The notes below the pieces were generated by a model. That model did not search any database. It saw only the letters and a program-made list of their open reading frames with translations, and was not told where the DNA came from. Below are positions 28,799-37,846 of a stretch of 64,000 nt of DNA, in pieces; the first letter of the stretch is position 1, and each line of letters opens with the position of its first letter. The position numbers and the translations under genes were made by a program. The stretch is from an uncultured Acidobacteriota bacterium. Its GTDB lineage: Bacteria; Acidobacteriota; Vicinamibacteria; Vicinamibacterales; UBA8438. Where the stretch lies: positions 24,051 through 88,050 of the forward strand of contig CAJWLU010000013.1 in NCBI GenBank assembly GCA_913043225.1, written 5' to 3'.

Positions 28799-29833
28799 AT
28801 GCGCACATTGTTGAGGCGGCTGCTGGGGCTGGCCTCTGCGGTCCAAATGGACGAGGCGCTCGAACGCCTGCGCCGGATCGACGCGACCCTCGAGTCACTC
28901 GTGGGAGCGCGGGCCGGTGATGAGGGTCGTGCGCACGAAGCCTTGCTTCGGGAGATTGCCGATCGGGCCCGTGGCATCCAGTCGTCGGCGCGGCGGACCG
29001 ACGGCAACGTACAGACGCTGCTCCGTCGCGCCTACCTCAACGACACGCAGGATCCCCACCAGGACCTGGTGCGCCACCGCTTCCGGATACAGTCTCAAAA
29101 CGAGGAAGATGGGATCACGCTGGCGCTGTTCGCCAGAATCGGCGTTGTCGGCCGCTGTTTCGCCGAGCTCGGCGCAGGTACCAATGGAGGCAACTCCGGG
29201 TTCCTCGCGCAGGAGTGCGGCTGGTCCGGGCTGATGGTGGAGGCCAGCGAGGGGCGCGTCGAACGGCTCAGACAGCGGTTCGACACCGAGCAGGTGCAGG
29301 TCAACGGCTCCTGGATCACACGCGAGAACGTGAACGATCTGCTGACTGATCACGGACTCGCCGGCGAGATCGATCTAGTCAGCATCGACATCGACGGAAA
29401 CGATTACTGGGTCTGGGAGGCGTTGACGGCGACCCAGCCCAGGGTCGTCATCGTCGAGTTCAACGCCTCGTTTGGCGCCACCCGACGGGTCGTGGTGCCG
29501 TATGAGGCCGAGTTCTCACGAGAGACCAGCGAGCGGCCGCATGCCTACTACGGCACCTCTCTCGGTGCCTTGGCGAGCCTGGCTGATCGCAAGGGGTACC
29601 GGTTGGTGCTCGTGGAACCACGCGGTATCAACGCCTACTTCCTGCGCAACGATGTTGGCGCCGACCTCGACGGGGTGTCCGCGGAGACCGCCTACGCCCG
29701 TTCGGCCGCCGGCATGGGCGCTGCCAAGGTGGCCGCTAAGCACGATGGCGACGTCGTGTCGGCGTTCGAATCGGCTGGACTGCCGTTAGTGGACCTCGAC
29801 CGTGACGAGTCGTTTGGATCGGTGGGGCGGTGA
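28799..29833 (+). CDS. Coiled-coil + FkbM-like methyltransferase (paralog 3)
   Basis: GGAGG 6 nt before ATG 28799; SQNEEDG, ELGAGTNGGNSG, DIDGNDYWVW. Confidence 0.75.
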   Translation: MRTLLRRLLGLASAVQMDEALERLRRIDATLESLVGARAGDEGRAHEALLREIADRARGIQSSARRTDGNVQTLLRRAYLNDTQDPHQDLVRHRFRIQSQNEEDGITLALFARIGVVGRCFAELGAGTNGGNSGFLAQECGWSGLMVEASEGRVERLRQRFDTEQVQVNGSWITRENVNDLLTDHGLAGEIDLVSIDIDGNDYWVWEALTATQPRVVIVEFNASFGATRRVVVPYEAEFSRETSERPHAYYGTSLGALASLADRKGYRLVLVEPRGINAYFLRNDVGADLDGVSAETAYARSAAGMGAAKVAAKHDGDVVSAFESAGLPLVDLDRDESFGSVGR

Positions 29834-30846
29834 TGGGCCGACTGCGTTACTGGCTCTGGAGACGCTTGGGGTTGGCTTCTCTGGAGGAGGTGGCCACGCT
29901 GTCTGACAGCGTGGGCGGCCTGGCGCGGGAAATGCGCCAGGCCGCGGCGCGGGCCGAGAAGCGAGCCGTCCGTCACACCGCCGCCTTAACTCGTATCGAG
30001 GAGCGATTTGGCACACCGACTCGCGGGCTCGACGGTCGGATCCGACATGTCGAGCGTAATGTGAACGCACTCGTGCGAGGGCACTATGTGGACCAGGCGA
30101 CCCTACCTTTTCCGCACAATGTGCTCTCTCAGCGCTTCCACCTCTGGTCGCAGAACGAGGAAGACGGGATCACGCTGGCACTGTTCAAGCTGATCGGAGC
30201 CATCCACCGGACCTTCGTAGAACTGGGCGCTGGGGTCAACGGGGGCAACTGCGGCATGTTGGCCGAGGTGTGCGGCTGGCGGGGCCTCATGGTGGATGGC
30301 AGCGATGCGCGGGCCGCGAAGCTGGCTACCCGGTTCGGTCGATTTGGCGTCGAGACCGCCGGAGCCTGGATCACGGCCGAGGGTGTGAACGAGTTGATTG
30401 GGGGGCACGGCCTCGAAGGCGAGATCGATCTCCTCAGCCTGGATATCGATGGCAGCGACTACTGGGTGTGGAAGGCGCTCGATGTCGTGTCGCCCCGGCT
30501 TGTGATCGTCGAGTTTAACCCCGCCTTCGGCGTGCAGCGCGCCGTTACGGTGCAGTATGATCCCGCGTTTGACCGAGAGCGGTTCAAGCTGGTGACGCCG
30601 CACTTCTACGGGGCGTCGCTGGCCGCATTCACCCAGCTTGGCGCTCAGAAAGGCTATCGACTCGTGGTTGTGGAGCCGCGCGGCGCCAACGCCTATTTTC
30701 TTCGGGACGATGTGGCAGCCGATTCCATTCCTGAGGTTCCGGTTCGCAGGGTGCACCCGTCTCCGGGTGAGGACGCAGCTTCGCTCTTCGAGCTGATCGA
30801 GCGAGAGCAGCTGCCGCTCGTTGATCTCAATGCGTCGGACGCCTGA
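29833..30846 (+). CDS. Coiled-coil + FkbM-like methyltransferase (paralog 4)
   Basis: SQNEEDG, ELGAGVNGGNCG, DIDGSDYWVW, FYGASL. Confidence 0.75.
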   Translation: MGRLRYWLWRRLGLASLEEVATLSDSVGGLAREMRQAAARAEKRAVRHTAALTRIEERFGTPTRGLDGRIRHVERNVNALVRGHYVDQATLPFPHNVLSQRFHLWSQNEEDGITLALFKLIGAIHRTFVELGAGVNGGNCGMLAEVCGWRGLMVDGSDARAAKLATRFGRFGVETAGAWITAEGVNELIGGHGLEGEIDLLSLDIDGSDYWVWKALDVVSPRLVIVEFNPAFGVQRAVTVQYDPAFDRERFKLVTPHFYGASLAAFTQLGAQKGYRLVVVEPRGANAYFLRDDVAADSIPEVPVRRVHPSPGEDAASLFELIEREQLPLVDLNASDA

Positions 30847-30847
30847 G

Positions 30848-31918
30848 ATGGGAATCCTGCTGACCGACGTGCTCGCCTGTGCCGCCGCCTTCCTGGCATC
30901 GGCCACGTTCACCCCGGCCGCGCGCGATCTCGCCTTCAAGCTGGGGCTGGTCGATAACCCTGGGCCGCGAAAGTTGCACGCCGCGCCCGTGCCGGTGCTG
31001 GGCGGGCTCGCCGTGTATCTCGCTACCATGTTTGCGATCGCCGTCTTCGTCACCGACGACGAGTGGTCGCAGATGTTCGGGATCTTCCTGGCCTCCACGT
31101 TGGCCCTGTTAGTGGGCATGCTCGACGACCGAGGGATGCTGCATCATCAGATCAAGCTGATGGCCGCTATGCCCTTGGCCGCCATCGTCTTGATCGGCAC
31201 AGACATGCACAGCGAGATCTTCCATACGATCGAGGCGTTTCCGGTGGTCGGCATTCCTGGCGCCTGGATCGACTTCGCGCTCTCGTTCGTTTGGTTCGTC
31301 GGCATCATCGCGGCTTTCAGTATCCTCGACCACATGGACGGTCTCTGCTCTGGAGTGGCCGCTGTGGTTGCCGCGTTCTGCTTCTCGTTCGCGGTCACGG
31401 GTGGGCAACTGCTCGTCGGGACGCTGGCGGCGGCAATTCTAGGGGCGTCGCTCGGGTTCTTGTGGTGGAACGCCAAGCCGGCACGGATCTTTCTCGGCGA
31501 TGGGGGAGCGATGCTGCTCGGTCTCGTGTCGGCCACGCTCGGGATTAAGCTCCGCTTTCCAGAGATCGAGCCTGGCGTTGCCTGGATGATCCCGGTGCTG
31601 ATTCTGGCGGTGCCGATCTTCGACACTACGCTGGTGACGGTGTCGCGCCTTAGGCGTGGCTTGGTGCCGTTCTCGTCCCCGGGAAAGGACCATGTGGCCC
31701 ATCGTCTGGTGGCCCTCGGGCTGAGCCATCGCCGGGCGGTCTGGATGATCTACGGCGTGGGAGTGCTGACCGGCGGACTCGCCTGGTGTGTCGCCCTCTT
31801 CCCAGAGATAGCTCCGCTGCCAGTTGGCGTGGTCGCTGTGGTAGGCGCGGTCGTGTCGATCGCCTGGTTGGAAGGGACCCCCTACGAGCGGCAGCCGTCG
31901 CCGCAGGTTGGAGAATGA
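30848..31918 (+). CDS. wecA: Undecaprenyl-phosphate HexNAc-1-phosphate transferase (WecA/MraY family)
   Basis: RKLH..PVP.LGG, GMLDD, DHMDGL, IFLGDGG, PIFDT, KDHVAHRL; many TM segments. Confidence 0.85.
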   Translation: MGILLTDVLACAAAFLASATFTPAARDLAFKLGLVDNPGPRKLHAAPVPVLGGLAVYLATMFAIAVFVTDDEWSQMFGIFLASTLALLVGMLDDRGMLHHQIKLMAAMPLAAIVLIGTDMHSEIFHTIEAFPVVGIPGAWIDFALSFVWFVGIIAAFSILDHMDGLCSGVAAVVAAFCFSFAVTGGQLLVGTLAAAILGASLGFLWWNAKPARIFLGDGGAMLLGLVSATLGIKLRFPEIEPGVAWMIPVLILAVPIFDTTLVTVSRLRRGLVPFSSPGKDHVAHRLVALGLSHRRAVWMIYGVGVLTGGLAWCVALFPEIAPLPVGVVAVVGAVVSIAWLEGTPYERQPSPQVGE

Positions 31919-33078
31919 GCCGGACGTCTCACGCCAACGGTGCTCCGGTTACGGTGGTCGGAGGGTCAGCGACCGGCCTATACGCAGCGACGCTCCTGGC
32001 CGAGGCCGGGAGGGACGTCCGGGTGCTCGAGGGTTCGGAAGAGTACGCGCCGGACGCGCGCACACTCATCGTCACCCGACGGATGAAGGATCTGCCAGGC
32101 GACCCCGGTGACCAGTCTATCGTCAACATCATCAACCGCTTCGAGTTGTTGACCGACGGCCGCGCAGCGACGATCGAGCTCGACGAACCCGACCTGGTGA
32201 TCGAACGCTCGACGCTGCTTCATGGAATGGTCGAGCGGGCGAGGGCGGCAGGTGTCGATCTCCAGATGGGCAACCGGGTGCGGACGCTCAAGGCCAATGG
32301 GACGGGTGGCGTCACTTTGGGAATCGGGAGCAACGGAGCCACGAGGGACGTGCTGGCGCATACCGTCGTTGGCGCGGACGGCACGTTCAGCTGCGTCGCG
32401 AAGGCCGCCGGATGGCCGCCGCTCGAGACGGTTCCGCTTATTCAGGCTATCGTGCGCTTGCCGGACGATCTCCCCCCAGATACCACGCGGGTATGGTTTC
32501 ATCCCGAGGATACGCCCTATTTCTACTGGTTGATCCCAGAGTCGCCCGAGCGCGGTGCACTCGGCCTGATCGGAGAGGATGGCCCCGCCGCGGGGCGTTG
32601 CCTCGAAAGGTTTCTAGAGCGCCATCAGTTCGAACCGATCGAGTTTCAGGCGGCACGTATTCCCTGCTATCGGCGGTGGGTGCAACCGCAACGACGTCTG
32701 GGTGACACCGACATCTACCTGGTCGGCGATGCCGCCGCTCAAGTCAAGGTCACCACCGTTGGAGGCATTGTCACCGGCTTTCGTGGCGCGCTCGGGGTGG
32801 CTGAATCCATCCTCCACGGCCGGACCGCCGCCTTCCGTCAGCTCAAGCGAGAGCTCGACTGGCACCGGTTGCTCCGCCGTTCCCTGGGGCGATTCCGACA
32901 GGCTGACTACGAGCTGTTGCTCGACGTGTTGAACCCCGGCACCCACGGCGTGCTTGGCACCTATACCCGGGATGAGGCCGGCCGGATTCTCGCCCGGTTG
33001 TGCCTCGCGCAGCCGCGCCTGATCCTGCTCGCGCTGCGGACGCTGGTGCTGCCTCCGGACCGTCCTTCTACCGTCTGA
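31915..33078 (+). CDS. FAD-dependent oxidoreductase, geranylgeranyl-reductase-like
   Basis: VVGGSATG Rossmann variant, VVGADG, YFYWLIP, LVGDAA..VK..T.GGI. Confidence 0.7.
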   Translation: MSRTSHANGAPVTVVGGSATGLYAATLLAEAGRDVRVLEGSEEYAPDARTLIVTRRMKDLPGDPGDQSIVNIINRFELLTDGRAATIELDEPDLVIERSTLLHGMVERARAAGVDLQMGNRVRTLKANGTGGVTLGIGSNGATRDVLAHTVVGADGTFSCVAKAAGWPPLETVPLIQAIVRLPDDLPPDTTRVWFHPEDTPYFYWLIPESPERGALGLIGEDGPAAGRCLERFLERHQFEPIEFQAARIPCYRRWVQPQRRLGDTDIYLVGDAAAQVKVTTVGGIVTGFRGALGVAESILHGRTAAFRQLKRELDWHRLLRRSLGRFRQADYELLLDVLNPGTHGVLGTYTRDEAGRILARLCLAQPRLILLALRTLVLPPDRPSTV

Positions 33079-33122
33079 CCCTCCTCGCCGCATCGCGTCG
33101 AGGATTTCTCGCCATTCGCCGA

Positions 33123-35129
33123 GTGCCTTTCCTCGAGCGTGTCACAAAACCGGTCGTCATCATCTCCGCCCTGTGGGTGGCCGGTCTCCTGGTGTCGACG
33201 CCGATCGAGTGGCCGAACCTGCGCTGGGTCGCCCTGGCCGCCTTCTTCGGCTCGTTCGTCGCCGCGCGGCGTTTTCCCAGGGCCACCATGCAGGGATGGC
33301 TGCTCTGCACGTATGTGGCGCCCGGAGTGCTCACCCTCCTGCTCGGCGAATTCCGCTATTGGGACCTGACCCCCTGGCTCCTCGGGCTCCTCGGGACGAT
33401 CTTGGCGACGACCGATCCCACCCGCTGGCAGCTACCGGCCCCGTGGCGAGTGCCGCTGGTGGTGTCACTGCTGGTCGTGACTCTGTCCTGGCCCATTATC
33501 TGGCTCCGTGAGCTCGATTTCCTGCCCGATATCGTCGGTCTCGCCGACGTCGTCAACAACGGAGCCGGCGTTCCTCCTGACATCGGTACGCTCTGGGCGT
33601 TCTGGGTCGTGCTGGTCCACGCGATCGGCGTGCTCTGGTTCGACTGGCTGACCCACACCTACCCGAGAGTGGAGCTGAAGGCGCTCCTGCGACAGGTGAT
33701 CCTGCCGCTGGCGTGTAGTTTCGGCATCGGTCTCTTGATGGCGGGCTATCAGGCAACTGTCGACATCGGTACTCTCAACCAGGGGTTCTGGGCCGAGATG
33801 CGTCGGGCGTCGGGGTTGCTGATGGACGCTAACCCGTTTGGTATGGCCGCCGCCTTGTGGGGGGGCTTCGGGGTTGCCCTCCTCGTCGCCTGGCCTGGAC
33901 GCGATCGGACGCTGACGCCTGGACTCGCGGTCGCCGTCGGAGGGGTGCTGCTGATGTCCTGGTATGGACTCTGGGTCTCGGGTTCGCGATCCGCTCTGCT
34001 TGCCGGTACGGTGGTGGTGACCTGCGTCCTCCGGCAGCTCACGCCCTCCCTGCTTTGTCTGCGGGGCGGGCGACGCTTGGTGATTGCCGCCCTGGTCGTC
34101 CTGCTCGCCGGTGGGTTCGCCGTGTCGCGGTCATCCCTGGTCGGCCCCTGGCAGCGGGCGATGACGGAGGCGCCTACCGCGTCGGTGGCGTCCGTGCGCG
34201 CCTTCCTCGTGGAGCTGTGGGAGCGCAACAACTATGGGGCGGCAGCGGTCCACATGATTGCTGATTCCCCGATGGTGGGTGTTGGCGTCGGAGCGTTTCA
34301 CCTGCTAGTGCCTGATGTGGGGCACGAACACCAGCTTGGCCGCATCGAGCCGGACAACGCCCAGAACTGGTGGCGACATCAGATCGCTGAGCTCGGCGCC
34401 CTTGGAGCACTGGGATGGTTGTGGTTCTCTGTTTTGCTGGGGTCGCACGTGCTCACTGCCCGTGCGAGTCCGGGGATGGAGCACTCGGCCGCTTTGCTTC
34501 GGGGAGTCCTGCTTGCCATCGCCGCGGTCTCGCTGCTGGGAATGCCGACGCAGAATCCAGCCCTGACCTTGACGTTCTGGACCGCGGTTGGCTGGTTCGG
34601 CTGTCTCGTCCCTACGCCCGCAGGTGCTTGGTGGGGGAATGCCAGGATCTGGGTCGTCGCGTGGGGTCTGGTGGTCGTCTACCTGGGCGCCTTCGCCACC
34701 GAGTCATGGACATATCTTCGTCCGCCGCATCGCGCCAACCGCGCGGATTGGGACTACAGCTACGGGATGTACCGTCCGGACCCGCATCCGGACGGCGGCA
34801 CGTTCCAGTGGACGGGAGCCCGCGGTCTGACCGTCGTGCCCCTGACCGATCGCTGGGTCGAGGTCAGCGCCTGGACCCACCACCCGGACATTGGGGAGCG
34901 TCCGGTGTTGCTGCAGGTGTCTGTCGATGGCACCCCGCTCATCGAGAGTGTGCGCTCGACTGGAGAACCGGTCGTCGGGTCAGTACGCATTCCAGAGAAC
35001 CGGCTCCGCGTGACCATTGAGATAGAGGTCGACCGCACCTGGAGTCCGGCTGACCACGGTGAAACAGACACGCGCGAGCTCGGCGCAGGCTTCCGGTGGC
35101 GGTTCTTCGATCCGAGTCCTGAGGACTGA
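33123..35129 (+). CDS. O-antigen ligase/Wzy_C family membrane protein with C-terminal periplasmic domain (start uncertain)
   Basis: Many TM helices, SGSRSA, PMVGVGVGAF, AELGALG; C-terminal FQWTG...DTRELG. Confidence 0.7.
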   Translation: MPFLERVTKPVVIISALWVAGLLVSTPIEWPNLRWVALAAFFGSFVAARRFPRATMQGWLLCTYVAPGVLTLLLGEFRYWDLTPWLLGLLGTILATTDPTRWQLPAPWRVPLVVSLLVVTLSWPIIWLRELDFLPDIVGLADVVNNGAGVPPDIGTLWAFWVVLVHAIGVLWFDWLTHTYPRVELKALLRQVILPLACSFGIGLLMAGYQATVDIGTLNQGFWAEMRRASGLLMDANPFGMAAALWGGFGVALLVAWPGRDRTLTPGLAVAVGGVLLMSWYGLWVSGSRSALLAGTVVVTCVLRQLTPSLLCLRGGRRLVIAALVVLLAGGFAVSRSSLVGPWQRAMTEAPTASVASVRAFLVELWERNNYGAAAVHMIADSPMVGVGVGAFHLLVPDVGHEHQLGRIEPDNAQNWWRHQIAELGALGALGWLWFSVLLGSHVLTARASPGMEHSAALLRGVLLAIAAVSLLGMPTQNPALTLTFWTAVGWFGCLVPTPAGAWWGNARIWVVAWGLVVVYLGAFATESWTYLRPPHRANRADWDYSYGMYRPDPHPDGGTFQWTGARGLTVVPLTDRWVEVSAWTHHPDIGERPVLLQVSVDGTPLIESVRSTGEPVVGSVRIPENRLRVTIEIEVDRTWSPADHGETDTRELGAGFRWRFFDPSPED

Positions 35130-35183
35130 TGCGCTGCTCGGCCTAGCCGGTTTTCCCGCAAGACTGGCGTGCCGAGGGGAAGC

Positions 35184-36542
35184 CTAGAGTTTCTGTGCGA
35201 TTGCCGCGTAGTCGAGGAATGTGAAGAGCAAGGTGTTGATCTTGTCGACGTTCCGATTGAACGCCTGGACGATAACCCGAAGCTCCTCGTTCGATGGCGC
35301 CAAAATGTCGATCGGCGTCAGCTTGGCGGCATCATCGGCGGGTGAGCTGAAGACCAGTTCCGCGCGCTGGAACCCGCTCGCTTCGAGCAGGAAACGCAGC
35401 GTCTCTGGTGGAAGCGGCCGCGTGTGCGTGATGTCCCGCAGATACGGACCGAAGAACGCGGACCAGGAGTCGACGTTCAGTGTCTCGAGAATGATCGTCG
35501 AGCCGGGTCGGAGCTTGTGGTACGCGAGCTCCAGGAACCGCAACAGGTAGTCGGATGGAAAGTGCTCGACAACTTGTGTGGCGATGAGTCCACCGAGCGC
35601 CTCGTCAGGCAACGCCTGTAGATACCTCACGGCGTCACCTTCCGCGACGTCTAGACCTCGTTCCCGGCACACGGCCACCATGTCGGGATTCGCATCGAGT
35701 CCCCGGGCGGTGACGCCACGCTGGCCTAGCAGCGATAGAAACTCGCCCCGACCGCACCCGACATCGAGTACGTCGGCTGCGTCCTCGAAGCGGTCGCCGT
35801 ATCCCGCGAGCCTCGAGGCGATCTCTGCCTCGCTCCCCCTGAACACCTCTTCGAACCCCAGATACTTGTAGGCATCCAGCCGGCCGACCTGTCCGGTGTC
35901 GGTCCGCGTCGCCTCTGGCGCGACGACCGTCTCCGGGGCCGATCCCGGTCCTTCGACGGCCATCAACTTTTCGAGTTCCCGCTTCATGGCTTGCTGTCGT
36001 TGTTGCAGCAGGCCAATGGTGCGCTCGAGGAGGCGTACCGGATTCTCATTAACCCGGCGCAGCAGCCCGATGCCTTCCCGGTCCTTGGTATCCACGTAGG
36101 GCGTGATCTGTTGAGCCCAGACCACGACACGCGACTGGAACGCCCTGAGTGCCTCAAGTTCATTTCGCAGGAGTTTCAGGGTAGTGGCCATCGCTTTGGC
36201 CGTGGCCTGTTGCCGGGCCGCTACCTCAGCGAGGTGAGCGTGGATGGCGCGGTTGACCTTTGCCTGGCGTTCGAGCAATGGCTGCAGAGTCGACCAGGCG
36301 AGCCGAGCTACCCATCCGGCAAGTCCTCCGCGTTGCTCCGGAGGCTCGGGGGTGGTACCGGTCAGTCGCGCCAGCTCGTCGAGGGTGTCTGAGTCAGGGC
36401 CCGGTGGCGGATGTGGGATGGCAGGGAGGGATTGAATGGCACGGTCGAGTGCGGTAAGCGCCTCATTGTAGGCTCGGTCTGCCTCGGTCCGCTCCTTTTG
36501 CAGACGGCTCAGATCAGCGGCGCTGAGGGTGCGATCGGTCAT
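35184..36542 (-). CDS. Long coiled-coil + class I SAM methyltransferase (glycan chain-terminator-like)
   Basis: ~200-aa helical N-terminus; [34 protein letters not shown]. Confidence 0.8.
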   Translation of the reverse strand: MTDRTLSAADLSRLQKERTEADRAYNEALTALDRAIQSLPAIPHPPPGPDSDTLDELARLTGTTPEPPEQRGGLAGWVARLAWSTLQPLLERQAKVNRAIHAHLAEVAARQQATAKAMATTLKLLRNELEALRAFQSRVVVWAQQITPYVDTKDREGIGLLRRVNENPVRLLERTIGLLQQRQQAMKRELEKLMAVEGPGSAPETVVAPEATRTDTGQVGRLDAYKYLGFEEVFRGSEAEIASRLAGYGDRFEDAADVLDVGCGRGEFLSLLGQRGVTARGLDANPDMVAVCRERGLDVAEGDAVRYLQALPDEALGGLIATQVVEHFPSDYLLRFLELAYHKLRPGSTIILETLNVDSWSAFFGPYLRDITHTRPLPPETLRFLLEASGFQRAELVFSSPADDAAKLTPIDILAPSNEELRVIVQAFNRNVDKINTLLFTFLDYAAIAQKL

Positions 36543-37318
36543 CCGCTGATGGTGCCTTCCGGCGGACTGCTGGCGGTTGCGTAGCGGCGTCGTGCGATCC
36601 GTCCGGCCAGACGAGCCTGTCGGCCCGCGACGACGGCGAGCTTCATCGCCTCGGCCATCGCGACCGGGTCGCTGGCGCCCGCGATCGCGGTGTTCATCAG
36701 CACCCCATCGACCCCGAGCTCCATCGCCACGGCCGCGTCAGATGCCGTCCCGACGCCGGCGTCGACGATGACCGGAATGCCGGCGAACTCCTTGATGATG
36801 TGGATGTTGTTGCGGTTCTGGATGCCCAGCCCAGAGCCAATCGGCGCGCCGAGAGGCATGACCGCGGCCGCCCCCGCATCTTCGAGTTTCTTGCAGACCA
36901 CCGGATCGTCATTGGTGTAGGGCAGTACGACGAATCCTTCCTTGACGAGGACCCGGGTGGCTTCGACCAGACCCTCGTTGTCTGGAAACAGTGTCTGCTC
37001 GTCACCGATCACCTCGAGCTTCACCCATTCCGACAGTCCGACCTCCCGGCCCAGCCGAGCGGTGCGGATCGCGTCGTCGGCGGTGTAGCAGCCGGCGGTG
37101 TTCGGCAGCAGGGCATAGCGCTTGGGGTCGATGTAGTCCAGCATCGACCCCTTCGCACGATCGGTCACATTGATGCGTCGTACCGCAACGGTCACCATTT
37201 CTGCGCCTGACGCTTCATGCGCCTGTTGCATAACGTCGTGTGATTCGTACTTTCCGGTACCGACGATGAGCCGGGATGAGAACGTCTTGCCCGCGATGAT
37301 GAGGGGGTCTGGTGCCAT
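36539..37318 (-). CDS. thiG: Thiazole synthase
   Basis: [47 protein letters not shown]. Confidence 0.95.
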   Translation of the reverse strand: MAPDPLIIAGKTFSSRLIVGTGKYESHDVMQQAHEASGAEMVTVAVRRINVTDRAKGSMLDYIDPKRYALLPNTAGCYTADDAIRTARLGREVGLSEWVKLEVIGDEQTLFPDNEGLVEATRVLVKEGFVVLPYTNDDPVVCKKLEDAGAAAVMPLGAPIGSGLGIQNRNNIHIIKEFAGIPVIVDAGVGTASDAAVAMELGVDGVLMNTAIAGASDPVAMAEAMKLAVVAGRQARLAGRIARRRYATASSPPEGTISG

Positions 37319-37341
37319 GGGCCGTCCGTGTCAGGAAGGGA

Positions 37342-37542
37342 TCAGCCCCCTCCCACGAAGTTCACGACTTCAATCTGGTCGCCGTCGGCCACTGGCGTCT
37401 CGCCGAAGGCGGCTTTCTTGACCACCACGAGATTTCGCTCGACGGCGACGATTCTCGGATCGATGTCGAGATGAGCGAGCAGTCCTTCGATGGTGACTGG
37501 TCGATCGAGCTCGTAGGGGTCGCCGTTCAGCAGAATTCGCAT
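37342..37542 (-). CDS. thiS: Sulfur carrier protein
   Basis: 66 aa, ends in FVGGG, directly upstream of thiG. Confidence 0.95.
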   Translation of the reverse strand: MRILLNGDPYELDRPVTIEGLLAHLDIDPRIVAVERNLVVVKKAAFGETPVADGDQIEVVNFVGGG

Positions 37543-37579
37543 CGGACAGTCCGGCGAGGGCCGTTCACTCTGATCGTTA

Positions 37580-37609
37580 AGCGTAACGTGGCTGTGGACA
37601 CGAAGTCAA
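37580..37609 (-). promoter_or_regulatory. Putative sigma70 promoter of thiS-thiG
   Basis: Minus strand TTGACT-N18-TACGCT, about 40 nt upstream of thiS. Confidence 0.5.
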
Positions 37610-37668
37610 GTGTAAGCAGTTGCGCAGACAGGAGTTATGAGGATTATTCTTGCTCGAAAGCCATCAAA

Positions 37669-37698
37669 TTGACTTCCTCAACCCACCGGTTGTACGAT
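37669..37698 (+). promoter_or_regulatory. Putative sigma70 promoter of the nqr operon
   Basis: TTGACT-N18-TACGAT. Confidence 0.6.
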
Positions 37699-37704
37699 CT
37701 AGAT

Positions 37705-37755
37705 CAACCGGCGAGCGTACGCTGGGTGGCCGTCGTCGCTGGCGGCACTTTTTTT
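37705..37755 (+). ncRNA. Candidate riboswitch/attenuator (Na+ riboswitch-like) in the nqr leader
   Basis: Two-stem fold CGGC-G-AGC(GUAC)GCU-GGGUG-GCCG is mutually exclusive with a downstream terminator hairpin + U7. Confidence 0.5.
37725..37755 (+). terminator. Intrinsic terminator-like hairpin in the nqr leader
   Basis: GTG(G)CCGTCG-TCGC-TGGCGGCAC followed by T7, lying between the promoter and nqrA. Confidence 0.6.
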
Positions 37756-37846
37756 ACCTGTGCTTGAGAAAAAAATCACAATCTTAGACCGGCCTCTTAT
37801 CCGGGCTCTCGGTTCGCCACACTCGTAGTACCTGCGCACGTTGTAC

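Noticed and set aside
766..30480. Recurring DNA similarity (e.g. CAGAACGAGGAAGACGGGAT, GACTACTGGGT) as a repeat family or CRISPR
   Set aside because: These are conserved codons of paralogous methyltransferases, not regularly spaced repeats; no cas genes are present.
37543..37700. TPP riboswitch upstream of thiS
   Set aside because: No CUGAGA-type core on the minus strand, and the predicted leader is too short.
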